Below are positions 8,766-18,866 of a stretch of 27,750 nt of DNA, piece after piece. Both the position numbers and the translations under genes were made by a program. Position 1 is the stretch's first letter, and every line of letters begins with the position of its first letter. This DNA comes from a virus, in the UHGV virus genome UHGV-0085994; one strand, written 5' to 3'. The notes beneath the pieces were generated by a model. That model was not told the DNA's origin and did not search any database. It saw only the letters and a list, made by a program, of their open reading frames with translations.

Positions 8766-9129
8766 ACAATCTACGTAACGTGTCGGCGACAGAAGATACA
8801 GATATCTCTCCGGTCGCAGCCCCTACGGTAAGGTCTGCCAGTTCTGGTGAATCAAATACCTGCACCCCGTTACGGCGTAGAAATAGCAGCGCACTGTTTA
8901 GCGCGGTACGCTTATTGGCATCATTGAATATATGCCCTCTCGCAGTAGCCACCAGGTAGGTGGCGGAGACTTCGAAAAGGTCGGTGATATCTTCGTAGGC
9001 AACTCTGGCCTGAACTCTCCCGATAATGGCCTCTGCCCTACCCGGATCTGACATTCCCGGCAGGCCGCCGTAGCGGCTTATATTCGCATCATGAAGCGCA
9101 ATAAGTTCTTCCGGTGATATATGCCTCAT
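8749..9129 (-). CDS. doc: Doc toxin (Fic-fold kinase, death on curing)
   Basis: 126 aa; near-identical to P1 Doc as recalled; Fic motif HIFNDANKR. Confidence 0.95.
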
Positions 9130-9350
9130 TATCGGTTAACCAGTTCCTTGTTGGTGGAGTCCAGAGTGTCAAACAGGGATGCAAATTCAGCATCCAGCGC
9201 CGCTTTTTTGTAGGCTTCGAAAGTAGCCTTGCTGACAATTACTGCTGGCTCACGGCCTCTGCGGGTGATTTCAACCTCTTCCCCGGCCTCAACATTGTTG
9301 AGCACTTCAGAAAGGTTGCCGCGCGCGGTACGGAAGTTAATGGATTGCAT
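9129..9350 (-). CDS. phd: Phd antitoxin (prevents host death)
   Basis: 73 aa from the internal Met ([13 protein letters not shown]...), matching P1 Phd; the ORF track starts two codons earlier. Confidence 0.95.
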
Positions 9351-9355
9351 AAACA

Positions 9356-9385
9356 CCTCGTGTACTCGTTATGTGTACACAATTA
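9356..9385 (-). promoter_or_regulatory. phd-doc promoter/operator region with GTGTAC palindromes
   Basis: GTGTAC at 9360-9365 and GTGTACAC at 9373-9380 just upstream of phd; Phd/Doc autoregulate via palindromic sites. Confidence 0.45.
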
Positions 9386-9422
9386 TAAACTTCACAGGCA
9401 TAAAGCACCAGCACTTTGCAGC

Positions 9423-9812
9423 TTAAATCACCGGACAATCATCAAATTCCCCACTTCGGGCATCATTAATGACATGAGTGATCACACCAAACACAGCATT
9501 ACTGCCCGTGCATCCATCGTCATCTACTGGTAACGCCTCTTTCTTCCCGGTGCTTAAATCCTCCAGATGCTGACGTGGATACTTCCGGTATCTTTTTACG
9601 CGATATTCCCCATCCAGAGCGCATACAAGCAGAGAACCATCAACCGGGGTAAGTGAGGAATCAACCACCAGCAATGCACCCTGTAATATTCCCTCACGAT
9701 GATGACTATCAGCTGCCCTCATGAAGTAGGTCGCTGAAGGATGTCTAATTATCTGCTGATCAAGAGAAATACGGCTCTCAGCATAATCCGCCGCAGGAGA
9801 AGGGAAGCCCAT
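9423..9812 (-). CDS. humD: HumD (UmuD'-like SOS mutagenesis protein homolog)
   Basis: 129 aa, UmuD C-terminal-domain-like; LexA box immediately upstream. Confidence 0.8.
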   Translation of the reverse strand: MGFPSPAADYAESRISLDQQIIRHPSATYFMRAADSHHREGILQGALLVVDSSLTPVDGSLLVCALDGEYRVKRYRKYPRQHLEDLSTGKKEALPVDDDGCTGSNAVFGVITHVINDARSGEFDDCPVI

Positions 9813-9830
9813 AGCGTTTTCACCTCAGAG

Positions 9831-9850
9831 TACTGTTTATCCATACAGTA
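9831..9850. promoter_or_regulatory. LexA box (SOS box) upstream of humD
   Basis: TACTGTTTATCCATACAGTA = CTGT-N8-ACAG, 19 bp upstream of the humD start codon. Confidence 0.65.
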
Positions 9851-9910
9851 TACATTAAAGATGCTTGAAGTGTGCAATAGCGCGATGCTTTGCGCTCGCC
9901 TGGTGGCGCG

Positions 9911-10162
9911 TTATTTTTTGGCTATATCTTCTTTCTGATATACCGGATCGTTTCCTTTTGGCAGCAGGAGGCTTAACTGCCGGTAGTGCCGTAGCCGTTC
10001 CATGAAATAGGTGCGCAGGTTCTCAGGTTGCTCACGGGCTACCTGTTCCGCTATGACGGGTATGTTCAATCGCTCTTTGTAGGCAACCCCCCTGGCAGCC
10101 AGGTCAACGTTAACTTTATTCCTTTCTTCCTGGCTTTTAGCTGCTATGTTCCAGTTGCTCAT
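9911..10162 (-). CDS. hot: Hot, homolog of DNA polymerase III theta subunit (HolE)
   Basis: 83 aa; [35 protein letters not shown] aligns with E. coli theta. Confidence 0.8.
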   Translation of the reverse strand: MSNWNIAAKSQEERNKVNVDLAARGVAYKERLNIPVIAEQVAREQPENLRTYFMERLRHYRQLSLLLPKGNDPVYQKEDIAKK

Positions 10163-10164
10163 GT

Positions 10165-10380
10165 TTAAGGCTCACATTTCCAGATGGTATTCTGAACACC
10201 CGAACCGGGCGTAAGATGAGGGTTAGCGTTCGCACTATGCTGATATACAGCTTTGGACTTTCCATATTGCTGACAGGCTTTGTCTGCGGTTTTTTGCAGG
10301 CTGTCCAGCCCATACCAGCCATCTGACTGGATGCTAACATTTTCGCCGTCATTGTATTGCACCATCGCACACCCAGACAT
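10165..10380 (-). CDS. small hypothetical protein, possibly a lipoprotein with an unannotated start
   Basis: 71-aa ORF; in-frame upstream codons encode a hydrophobic signal-like stretch ending ILAMSGC but no ATG/GTG/TTG start before the stop. Confidence 0.3.
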   Translation of the reverse strand: MSGCAMVQYNDGENVSIQSDGWYGLDSLQKTADKACQQYGKSKAVYQHSANANPHLTPGSGVQNTIWKCEP

Positions 10381-10513
10381 AGCTAAAATCGCACCGACAA
10401 TACCGCTTTTCCAAAAAGCTCTAATTAGGTCATTCGTTGCCTAATGTCCGAACTGCTAAAGCATCCAAGTTGCTGTAGAATCACCGCCAATTACATAAGC
10501 CTGAAATAAGTGG

Positions 10514-12076
10514 ATGAAAATGACAAGTATTCAACAACGTGCAGAGCTTCATCGTCAAATCTGGCAAATTGCTAACGATGTCAGGGGTTCGGTCGATGGA
10601 TGGGATTTTAAGCAATACGTTCTGGGCGCACTTTTCTACCGTTTTATCAGCGAAAATTTTTCCAGCTATATTGAAGCCGGTGATGACAGTATCTGTTATG
10701 CGAAACTGGATGACAGCGTAATTACTGATGACATTAAAGACGATGCCATCAAAACCAAAGGTTACTTCATCTACCCAAGTCAGCTTTTCTGCAACGTAGC
10801 TGCGAAAGCAAATACCAATGACAGACTGAATGCAGATTTAAACAGTATCTTCGTTGCTATCGAAAGTTCTGCTTACGGTTATCCTTCAGAAGCTGACATC
10901 AAAGGTTTGTTTGCTGATTTCGATACCACCAGTAACCGCCTGGGTAACACCGTTAAAGATAAAAATGCCCGCCTGGCTGCGGTTCTGAAAGGGGTTGAAG
11001 GGTTAAAACTTGGTGACTTCAACGAACATCAGATTGACCTGTTCGGTGATGCCTATGAGTTCCTGATTTCTAACTATGCGGCAAATGCCGGTAAGTCAGG
11101 CGGTGAGTTCTTTACACCGCAGCACGTCTCCAAGCTGATTGCACAACTGGCTATGCACGGGCAGACCAGCGTTAACAAAATCTACGACCCGGCAGCGGGT
11201 TCCGGCTCACTGTTGTTGCAGGCGAAAAAACAGTTTGATAACCACATCATCGAAGAAGGCTTTTTCGGTCAGGAAATCAACCATACGACCTATAACCTGG
11301 CGCGTATGAACATGTTTTTGCACAACATCAACTACGACAAGTTTGATATCAAGCTGGGCAATACGCTGACTGAACCGCACTTCAGAGATGAAAAACCGTT
11401 TGATGCCATCGTTTCTAACCCGCCGTATTCGGTGAAATGGATTGGCAGCGATGACCCGACGCTGATTAACGATGAGCGTTTTGCCCCGGCTGGCGTTCTG
11501 GCCCCCAAATCCAAAGCTGACTTTGCGTTTGTATTACATGCGCTGAACTATCTTTCGGCCAAAGGTCGTGCTGCGATTGTCTGCTTCCCGGGTATTTTTT
11601 ACCGTGGCGGCGCAGAGCAGAAAATCCGTCAGTATCTGGTCGATAATAACTATGTCGAAACCGTAATTTCACTGGCTCCGAACCTGTTCTTTGGCACCAC
11701 CATTGCCGTAAACATTCTGGTTCTGTCCAAACATAAAACGGATACCAACGTTCAGTTTATTGATGCCAGCGAACTGTTCAAAAAAGAGACCAACAACAAT
11801 ATCCTGACCGATGCCCATATCGAACAAATTATGCAGGTATTCACCAGCAAGGAAGATGTTGCTCATCTGGCAAAATCTGTCGCGTTTGAAGCCGTTGTAG
11901 CGAATGACTATAACCTGTCGGTGAGCAGCTATGTAGAATCGAAAGATAACCGCGAAATTATCGATATTGCTGAGCTGAATGCGGAACTGAAAACCACGGT
12001 CAGCAAAATCGACCAGTTGCGCAAAGATATTGATGCGATTGTGGCTGAAATTGAAGGCTGCGAGGTACAGAAATGA
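10514..12076 (+). CDS. hsdM: type I restriction-modification system, DNA methyltransferase subunit HsdM (type IC, EcoR124-like)
   Basis: 520 aa; N6-adenine methyltransferase motif NPPY(SVKW); followed by hsdS with 4-bp overlap. Confidence 0.95.
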   Translation: MKMTSIQQRAELHRQIWQIANDVRGSVDGWDFKQYVLGALFYRFISENFSSYIEAGDDSICYAKLDDSVITDDIKDDAIKTKGYFIYPSQLFCNVAAKANTNDRLNADLNSIFVAIESSAYGYPSEADIKGLFADFDTTSNRLGNTVKDKNARLAAVLKGVEGLKLGDFNEHQIDLFGDAYEFLISNYAANAGKSGGEFFTPQHVSKLIAQLAMHGQTSVNKIYDPAAGSGSLLLQAKKQFDNHIIEEGFFGQEINHTTYNLARMNMFLHNINYDKFDIKLGNTLTEPHFRDEKPFDAIVSNPPYSVKWIGSDDPTLINDERFAPAGVLAPKSKADFAFVLHALNYLSAKGRAAIVCFPGIFYRGGAEQKIRQYLVDNNYVETVISLAPNLFFGTTIAVNILVLSKHKTDTNVQFIDASELFKKETNNNILTDAHIEQIMQVFTSKEDVAHLAKSVAFEAVVANDYNLSVSSYVESKDNREIIDIAELNAELKTTVSKIDQLRKDIDAIVAEIEGCEVQK

Positions 12077-13221
12077 GCGAGTTGAGTTATCTGGAAAAAT
12101 TGCTGGATGGAGTTAAGGTTGAGTGGAAAACACTAGAGAAAGTGCTTAAACGAACTAAAGGCACAAAAATAACCGCTGGGCAGATGAAAGCTCTTCACAA
12201 AGATAATGCGCCGCTTAAAATTTTTGCAGGGGGAAAAACAGTAGCCTTTGTTGACTTTAAAGATATTCCAGAGAAAGATATTAATAGAGAGCCATCGATC
12301 ATTGTTAAATCCAGAGGTATTATCGAATTCGAGTATTACGATAAACCATTCTCTCACAAAAATGAGATGTGGTCATATCACTCAAATAATGATGCGATAA
12401 GCATAAAGTATATTTATTACTTCCTAAAAATAAATGAAGGATATTTCCAGAAAATTGGGGGTAAAATGCAAATGCCACAAATTGCAACTCCTGATACAGA
12501 TAAGTTTGAAGTTCCAATCCCTTGCCCGGATAATCCGGAAAAATCCCTTGCCATCCAGTCTGAAATCGTTCGGATTCTGGATAAATTTACTGCAGTTACC
12601 GCTGAGCTTACCGCTGAGCTTAACATGCGTAAAAAACAGTACAACTACTATCGCGACCAGTTACTGAATCTTGAGGGCAGGGAAAATACTCGAGAAATGA
12701 GGATAGGTGATATTTATGATTTTCAGTATGGAACAGGCAATACAATTCCTAAATCTGGAGGGCAATATCCTGTTTATGGTAGCAACGGGATTGTAGGCTC
12801 CCATGACAAATATAACAGCGAAGACTCGCCTGTTATTGGTCATATAGGTGCTTACGCAGGAATCGTTAACTGGGGCCAAGGTAAGCATTTTGTTACATAC
12901 AACGGAGTTATTTGTAGGCACAAATCGAAGGAAGTTCTTCAAAAATACGCCTACTATTTATTACTTTTACAAGATTTCGGTTCAAAATCTAATAGTGCAT
13001 CACAGCCTTTTGTTTCATATAACATATTAAATGCTCCTATTGTTTTGGTTCCCCCTTTACAAGAGCAAGCTCGTATCGTCGCAATACTCGATAAATTCGA
13101 CACACTGACCAACTCCATCACCGAAGGTCTCCCGCGTGAAATCGAGTTGCGCCAGAAACAATACGAGTACTATCGTGATTTACTGTTCAGTTTCCCAAAA
13201 CCTGAAACAGCCAGTAATTAA
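12073..13221 (+). CDS. hsdS: type I R-M specificity subunit HsdS (two target-recognition domains; central TAELTAEL repeat)
   Basis: 382 aa; conserved repeats LDKF..(Q/K)QYxYYRD after each TRD; central TAEL x2 as in EcoR124I-type subunits. Confidence 0.95.
   Translation: MSELSYLEKLLDGVKVEWKTLEKVLKRTKGTKITAGQMKALHKDNAPLKIFAGGKTVAFVDFKDIPEKDINREPSIIVKSRGIIEFEYYDKPFSHKNEMWSYHSNNDAISIKYIYYFLKINEGYFQKIGGKMQMPQIATPDTDKFEVPIPCPDNPEKSLAIQSEIVRILDKFTAVTAELTAELNMRKKQYNYYRDQLLNLEGRENTREMRIGDIYDFQYGTGNTIPKSGGQYPVYGSNGIVGSHDKYNSEDSPVIGHIGAYAGIVNWGQGKHFVTYNGVICRHKSKEVLQKYAYYLLLLQDFGSKSNSASQPFVSYNILNAPIVLVPPLQEQARIVAILDKFDTLTNSITEGLPREIELRQKQYEYYRDLLFSFPKPETASN
12598..12621 (+). repeat. 12-bp tandem direct repeat ACCGCTGAGCTT x2 encoding TAEL-TAEL in hsdS
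   Basis: Directly visible; in the EcoR124 family the copy number of this repeat sets the spacer length of the recognition sequence. Confidence 0.75.
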
Positions 13222-13342
13222 TTGAGCATTTTTACAGACCGGACCACCTTAACATCCGGTCAGTATATAGACTATTTTCTACACGACGGAAGTCGCCCTT
13301 AACTCCCTTCCGGCCCTTGCCAGACGGCACAAAGGATGCGCT

Positions 13343-16300
13343 ATGACTCATCAAACACACACCATTGCTGAATCCAATAACTTTATCGTCCTTGATAAGT
13401 ACATCAAAGCTGAGCAAACAAGCGACAGCTACCAGAGCGAATCGGACCTGGAACGTGAACTGATTCAGGACCTGCGGAATCAGGGCTATGAATTTATATC
13501 CGTAAAATCACAGTCGGCGATGCTAGCCAATGTTCGGGAACAGCTTCAGAACCTCAATGGTGTGGTGTTTAATGACAGCGAGTGGCGGCGTTTCACGGAG
13601 CAGTATCTGGATAACCCGAGCGATGGCATTCTGGATAAGACCCGTAAAATCCATATCGACTATATTTGCGACTTTATTTTTGATGACGAGCGTCTTGAGA
13701 ACATCTATTTGATAGATAAAAAGAATCTCATGCGCAATAAGGTGCAGATTATCCAGCAGTTTGAACAGACGGGTTCTCATGCTAACCGTTATGACGTCAC
13801 GATCCTGGTTAATGGTTTACCGCTGGTGCAAATCGAACTAAAAAAACGCGGGGTGGCGATTCGTGAGGCTTTCAACCAGATACATCGTTACAGTAAAGAG
13901 AGTTTTAACAGCGAAAATTCCCTGTTTAAGTATCTGCAGCTGTTCGTCATTTCCAACGGCACTGATACCCGTTATTTTGCCAACACCACAAAGCGCGATA
14001 AAAACAGTTTTGACTTCACCATGAACTGGGCTAAATCAGACAATACACTGATTAAAGACCTCAAAGACTTTACCGCTACCTTTTTCCAGAAACATACTCT
14101 GCTTAATGTTCTGGTGAACTACAGCGTTTTTGACAGCAGTCAGACACTACTGGTAATGCGACCGTACCAGATTGCCGCCACCGAGCGCATTCTGTGGAAA
14201 ATTAAGAGTTCCTTTACAGCGAAGAACTGGTCAAAACCGGAAAGCGGTGGGTATATCTGGCACACTACCGGTTCTGGTAAAACCCTCACCAGCTTTAAAG
14301 CCGCGCGTCTGGCAACAGAGCTGGACTTTATTGATAAAGTCTTCTTTGTGGTCGACAGGAAAGACCTCGATTACCAGACCATGAAGGAATATCAGCGTTT
14401 TTCGCCAGACAGCGTCAACGGCTCGGAAAATACCGCAGGTCTTAAACGAAATCTGGATAAGGACGATAACAAAATTATCGTCACTACTATTCAGAAACTC
14501 AATAACCTGATGAAAGCAGAAAGCGATCTGCCTGTATATAATCAGCAAGTGGTGTTTATATTTGATGAATGCCACCGCAGCCAGTTTGGAGAAGCGCAGA
14601 AAAACCTGAAGAAGAAATTCAAACGCTATTATCAGTTTGGTTTTACCGGCACCCCTATTTTCCCGGAAAACGCCTTAGGCTCAGAAACAACCGCCAGCGT
14701 ATTTGGTCGTGAATTGCATTCGTATGTAATTACCGATGCGATTCGTGACGAAAAAGTGCTCAAATTCAAGGTGGACTACAACGATGTGCGGCCACAGTTT
14801 AAGTCTTTAGAGACAGAAACTGACGAGAAAAAACTGAGTGCGGCTGAAAATCAGCAGGCGTTTCTTCATCCCATGCGTATTCAGGAAATCACGCAATATA
14901 TTCTGAATAATTTCCGCCAGAAAACCCACCGTACCTTCCCTGGCTCAAAAGGTTTTAATGCTATGTTGGCAGTGAGCAGCGTGGATGCCGCGAAAGCCTA
15001 TTATGCGACGTTTAAACGGTTACAAGAAGAAGCCGCTAATAAATCGGCTACCTATAAACCGCTGCGTATTGCGACAATCTTCTCCTTTGCCGCCAATGAA
15101 GAACAAAATGCCATTGGTGAAATTTCCGATGAAACTTTTGATACCAGCGCAATGGACAGCAGTGCTAAAGAGTTTCTGGACGCTGCAATTCGTGAATATA
15201 ACAGCCATTTTAAAACTAACTTTAGCACCGACAGTAACGGTTTTCAGAACTACTATCGTGATTTAGCCCAGCGGGTTAAAAATCAGGATATCGATCTGCT
15301 AATTGTCGTGGGGATGTTTTTAACCGGCTTCGATGCTCCAACATTAAACACGCTATTCGTCGATAAAAACTTGCGTTTTCACGGCCTGATGCAGGCATTC
15401 TCCCGCACCAACCGCATTTATGACGCGACTAAAACCTTCGGTAATATTGTCACGTTCCGGGATCTGGAACGCTCAACCATTGATGCCATAACGCTGTTTG
15501 GTGACAAAAATACCAAAAATGTGGTTTTAGAAAAGAGTTATGCAGAGTATATGGAAGGCTTTACTGATGCTGCCACTGGTGAAGCTAAACGCGGCTTCAT
15601 GACAGTAGTTTCAGAACTGGAACAACGGTTCCCTGACCCTACCAGTATTGAAAGTGAAAAAGAGAAGAAAGACTTCGTTAAACTGTTTGGCGAATACCTG
15701 CGTGCCGAGAACATCCTGCAAAACTATGATGAATTTGCCACGCTAAAAGCCCTGCAACAAATCGATCTTAGCGATCCTGTTGCGGTAGAAAAATTCAAAG
15801 CAGAACATTATGTGGATAATGAAAAGTTCGCTGAATTGCAAACAATTCGTCTCCCTGCTGATCGCAAGATTCAGGATTATCGTTCTGCCTATAACGATAT
15901 TCGCGACTGGCAGCGCCGTGAGAAAGAAGCTGAGAAAAAAGAGAAATCAACCACTGACTGGGATGACGTAGTTTTTGAGGTCGATTTGCTGAAGTCTCAG
16001 GAAATAAACCTGGATTATATCCTTGGACTGATTTTCGAACACAATAGACAAAATAAAGGCAAGGGCGAAATGATCGAAGAGGTCAAACGCTTAATTCGTT
16101 CAAGCCTGGGGAACCGGGCGAAAGAGGGCCTGGTGGTCGATTTTATTCAGCAAACGAACCTGGATGATTTACCAGACAAAGCCAGTATCATTGAGGCATT
16201 CTTTACGTTTGCTCAACGCGAACAGCAACGTGAAGCAGAAGCATTGATAAAAGAAGAAAATCTCAATGAAGATGCAGCAAAACGCTATATTCGCACGTCT

Positions 16301-16459
16301 TTAAAACGCGAATACGCCACCGAAAATGGCACAGAATTAAACGAAACATTACCAAAACTTAGTCCGTTGAATCCGCAATATAAAACGAAAAAACAGGCAG
16401 TTTTCCAGAAAATCGTCTCGTTTATTGAGAAGTTTAAAGGCGTAGGCGGAAAAATATAG
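13343..16459 (+). CDS. hsdR: type I R-M restriction endonuclease/translocase subunit HsdR
   Basis: 1038 aa; helicase motif I TGSGKT and DECH box; gene order M-S-R typical of type IC. Confidence 0.95.
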   Translation: MTHQTHTIAESNNFIVLDKYIKAEQTSDSYQSESDLERELIQDLRNQGYEFISVKSQSAMLANVREQLQNLNGVVFNDSEWRRFTEQYLDNPSDGILDKTRKIHIDYICDFIFDDERLENIYLIDKKNLMRNKVQIIQQFEQTGSHANRYDVTILVNGLPLVQIELKKRGVAIREAFNQIHRYSKESFNSENSLFKYLQLFVISNGTDTRYFANTTKRDKNSFDFTMNWAKSDNTLIKDLKDFTATFFQKHTLLNVLVNYSVFDSSQTLLVMRPYQIAATERILWKIKSSFTAKNWSKPESGGYIWHTTGSGKTLTSFKAARLATELDFIDKVFFVVDRKDLDYQTMKEYQRFSPDSVNGSENTAGLKRNLDKDDNKIIVTTIQKLNNLMKAESDLPVYNQQVVFIFDECHRSQFGEAQKNLKKKFKRYYQFGFTGTPIFPENALGSETTASVFGRELHSYVITDAIRDEKVLKFKVDYNDVRPQFKSLETETDEKKLSAAENQQAFLHPMRIQEITQYILNNFRQKTHRTFPGSKGFNAMLAVSSVDAAKAYYATFKRLQEEAANKSATYKPLRIATIFSFAANEEQNAIGEISDETFDTSAMDSSAKEFLDAAIREYNSHFKTNFSTDSNGFQNYYRDLAQRVKNQDIDLLIVVGMFLTGFDAPTLNTLFVDKNLRFHGLMQAFSRTNRIYDATKTFGNIVTFRDLERSTIDAITLFGDKNTKNVVLEKSYAEYMEGFTDAATGEAKRGFMTVVSELEQRFPDPTSIESEKEKKDFVKLFGEYLRAENILQNYDEFATLKALQQIDLSDPVAVEKFKAEHYVDNEKFAELQTIRLPADRKIQDYRSAYNDIRDWQRREKEAEKKEKSTTDWDDVVFEVDLLKSQEINLDYILGLIFEHNRQNKGKGEMIEEVKRLIRSSLGNRAKEGLVVDFIQQTNLDDLPDKASIIEAFFTFAQREQQREAEALIKEENLNEDAAKRYIRTSLKREYATENGTELNETLPKLSPLNPQYKTKKQAVFQKIVSFIEKFKGVGGKI

Positions 16460-16538
16460 CCCAATTCGTATTTTTCTTGCGGGTTCTTAATTAAACCCGC
16501 AAGAGACCGTGGGGTTCCAAATGGCTAATATACTCCCC

Positions 16539-16625
16539 TTACCCATGCGCGACAATGCTGCCAAAAGTGATAGAGAACAGCCAGAAATAGATCGCGGCCA
16601 TAATGATTTTGAATGCCGTGTTCAT
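16539..16625 (-). CDS. 28-aa hydrophobic peptide (MNTAFKIIMAAIYFWLFSITFGSIVAHG), candidate small membrane protein or type I toxin-like peptide
   Basis: ATG with AGGAG Shine-Dalgarno at 7-nt spacing; single predicted transmembrane helix; C1 operator about 85 bp upstream; below the ORF-track length cutoff. Confidence 0.4.
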   Translation of the reverse strand: MNTAFKIIMAAIYFWLFSITFGSIVAHG

Positions 16626-16653
16626 ATTTTCAGCTCCTGTGATTGATTGGATA

Positions 16654-16684
16654 CATGCCGCGCCTTGCGGCATGTTTTTATTTT
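16654..16684 (+). terminator. rho-independent terminator (plus strand), likely end of the hsdR transcript
   Basis: CATGCCGC-loop-GCGGCATG hairpin followed by TTTTTATTTT. Confidence 0.5.
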
Positions 16685-16707
16685 CACTTTCTCTGTTTTA
16701 AAAATCA

Positions 16708-16724
16708 AGATTTATTAGAGCAAT
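16708..16724 (-). promoter_or_regulatory. C1 operator, 16/17 match
   Basis: Plus strand AGATTTATTAGAGCAAT; lies between the HAD-like gene stop and the small peptide gene. Confidence 0.65.
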
Positions 16725-17230
16725 TATTGTTGATGGAGAAGCGCGTTTTCATACTCCCTGACCATTAACGTAAGTACGCCGTGACTCCTGAAAACACGCG
16801 CCACTTCAATCTTATCTTCCAGCGCGAACGCAATTTTACTTAGACCAATTTTCTTCAGGAGATCAATCTTTGCTGGACCGTCATTTCTGTCATCGGTGGC
16901 AGGACGCATAGATAGCAAAGGCTCAGCCCCATTTGTTACGTGCTTACGCAACCAGGCTCGTGTTTTATCCCTGGCTATCTCACAGCGCCCGGTTACAAAC
17001 CAGAGGGTGTAAATGCCGGACAACTGGCGCACCATATCAATAACTGGAGTGATGGGAGCATCAGTGTCACAGGCAAGGTTAAACTCGTTCCAGTGCTCTG
17101 TTAATGCACCTTTGCCAGGTGGTGGAAGTAAATGCAGCCTGTCTTCCGTTGCCTCTGATATCGTCCCATCAATATCTACTATGACGATGTACGGACGTTC
17201 CTGGTGTGCGTGTTTATTGAAAATACTCAA
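16724..17230 (-). CDS. HAD-superfamily phosphatase-like protein (DxDGT motif; 5'(3')-deoxyribonucleotidase or polynucleotide 3'-phosphatase-like)
   Basis: 168 aa; N-terminal VIVDIDGTIS matches HAD motif I; TTG start with GAGGAGG Shine-Dalgarno. Confidence 0.6.
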   Translation of the reverse strand: MSIFNKHAHQERPYIVIVDIDGTISEATEDRLHLLPPPGKGALTEHWNEFNLACDTDAPITPVIDMVRQLSGIYTLWFVTGRCEIARDKTRAWLRKHVTNGAEPLLSMRPATDDRNDGPAKIDLLKKIGLSKIAFALEDKIEVARVFRSHGVLTLMVREYENALLHQQ

Positions 17231-17302
17231 ATGCCCTCCTCATTGGACGAAAAAAATGCTGGTGGGAGCACTCCACCAGCATTAAAAGTGACACTGTAAC
17301 TA

Positions 17303-18565
17303 TCAGCGAACGTAAATAGTGCCGCCGTTCTCTTTTTCCCATGCATCGCTACGTGCATAGCAAACATCGAGAAGTCTTCTTGCCGCAGTTTCCTCTAAAC
17401 CCAATTCGACAACCAACTGCTCATGACGGCGGGTAACCACATCAAACAGGGTATGCAGCCCTTTAGTTGCCAGATCATCAATGAATTCCGGTTCGAACGG
17501 CAGCTCTGCATCTGCCAACATAACCTCTTGCGCCCACTCAACTCGACGGACCAGTTCCGGGCGGCGGCTTTCCATCTCTTTACAGATCAATTCATGGAAG
17601 AACTCTACCCAACCTTCCGGCTGAAACTCGCGGAAAATTGCCAACGGCTGGAAGTTTGGCATCAACCATTCGTTGATTCGGATATCAATGGCATAGCCCA
17701 TGTCGCAGCAGAACTGATAAGCAAAGTCCAGCTTAGAAACGATATAAGGACGCTCGTTATTGAACTCTTTAGGCGATGAGATCCCATAAGCCAGGAGGCG
17801 CGGGAAGAAGGAGATTTGCCCTAACGTCGGATGAAGTTTGCTTGCAGGGAAACGGCGCTCAGTAATGCCATACATTTCCTTCTTGAGCGTCGCAAATTTG
17901 GCATTCTCATTAACCAGCGCGGTAACCTCTGCTTTTTTATTAGCAAATGCCACGCGCGCTTCGCTTGCATCTTTAATAGTTTTTTTGAGCTGTTGGTTAA
18001 GGTCGGCGACCTGCTTACGCAGTTCCTGTCGCTCGCTTTTAGCTTTGTTATAGCGTTTCTCAAGGTTAAAAGGATCAAGTTTCATGATCTCTTTATATTG
18101 AGATTTTAGCGTTGAAATCTGTGAGTTCCGCAGTTCAACCATCGCGGTCATTTCATTGAGTTTTGTTTCCAGCTCAATGCTTATACGTTCGGCATTATCA
18201 GCACGCTGGTTGGCGTCATGCGTCGCATCGTCGATCGCGTCCTGTTGCTGGCGTTTCAAATGTTCAATTTGCAGCTGAAGCTCTTCAATTTCTTTACCCT
18301 TCAGACCGAGATCCAACTGCATATTTTCAGCTGCATCTACCAGGGAGTTATGGCTATCAGCTTCTGCGTTATAAACATCAATAAGCTGTGCGTGAAGCAT
18401 CTCCGCTGACTGAACCGCATTATCAAAAAAACGTGCTGTGAGGTCATCACAACTAACGCGGCGTTGCGCAGCCCGGATGTTCTGGATAATGGCCGGGATA
18501 CCGGCATTCAGGACATCAGGGATAGATACATTTTCGATTGATTGGTTTTGTGCTGAAGTGCTCAT
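17303..18565 (-). CDS. hypothetical protein: N-terminal coiled coil (about 230 aa) plus uncharacterised C-terminal globular domain
   Basis: 420 aa; heptad-like Q/E/K/L-rich N-terminal half; no recognisable catalytic motif in the C-terminal half. Confidence 0.65.
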   Translation of the reverse strand: MSTSAQNQSIENVSIPDVLNAGIPAIIQNIRAAQRRVSCDDLTARFFDNAVQSAEMLHAQLIDVYNAEADSHNSLVDAAENMQLDLGLKGKEIEELQLQIEHLKRQQQDAIDDATHDANQRADNAERISIELETKLNEMTAMVELRNSQISTLKSQYKEIMKLDPFNLEKRYNKAKSERQELRKQVADLNQQLKKTIKDASEARVAFANKKAEVTALVNENAKFATLKKEMYGITERRFPASKLHPTLGQISFFPRLLAYGISSPKEFNNERPYIVSKLDFAYQFCCDMGYAIDIRINEWLMPNFQPLAIFREFQPEGWVEFFHELICKEMESRRPELVRRVEWAQEVMLADAELPFEPEFIDDLATKGLHTLFDVVTRRHEQLVVELGLEETAARRLLDVCYARSDAWEKENGGTIYVR

Positions 18566-18566
18566 T

Positions 18567-18785
18567 TCAAAGTTCCGTATTAGCTTGTGCTTCGGTCATT
18601 TTTCCTAAGTATGAAGGTGGAAGGACTACGCAATTTGTATCCAGTCCCTCACCTATGGCAGCCTGTAAAATTCTGGCTAAGGTGAGTCTCTTGTTGCGAT
18701 ACCTGGTGATGACATGCCTGATACCGCCGGTCGGCGTAACAAAGGCGATCAGCCAGTAGTGATATTTCCGTCGGAATGGCCACAT
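18567..18785 (-). CDS. small hypothetical protein (72 aa) translationally coupled to the 420-aa ORF
   Basis: ORF ends at the 420-aa start; begins 15 bp from a C1 operator. Confidence 0.3.
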   Translation of the reverse strand: MWPFRRKYHYWLIAFVTPTGGIRHVITRYRNKRLTLARILQAAIGEGLDTNCVVLPPSYLGKMTEAQANTEL

Positions 18786-18799
18786 AGTGCACCTTATAG

Positions 18800-18816
18800 A
18801 TTGCTCTAATAAAAAA
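18800..18816 (+). promoter_or_regulatory. C1 operator-like site (14/17)
   Basis: ATTGCTCTAATAAAAAA. Confidence 0.5.
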
Positions 18817-18836
18817 CGTGATGAGTGTACATCACG
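18817..18836. terminator. bidirectional hairpin terminator between two minus-strand operons
   Basis: CGTGATG-AGTGTA-CATCACG flanked by an A-run upstream and a T-run downstream. Confidence 0.45.
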
Positions 18837-18848
18837 TTTTAAAAATAT

Positions 18849-18865
18849 GGAACTATTAGAGCAAT
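18849..18865 (-). promoter_or_regulatory. C1 operator-like site (13/17), inverted relative to 18800-18816
   Basis: Plus strand GGAACTATTAGAGCAAT. Confidence 0.4.
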
Positions 18866-18866
18866 A

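Noticed and set aside
10137-10370. 77-aa minus-strand ORF
   Set aside because: Alternate frame of the 71-aa ORF region; composition not protein-like
12133-13030. Multiple short ORFs on both strands within hsdS
   Set aside because: AT-rich target-recognition-domain coding sequence generates spurious frames; hsdS is intact
16476-16503. 10-bp stem hairpin just after hsdR as a terminator
   Set aside because: No U-run follows on either strand; the hairpin at 16654-16684 is a better terminator candidate, so this may be an RNA stability element
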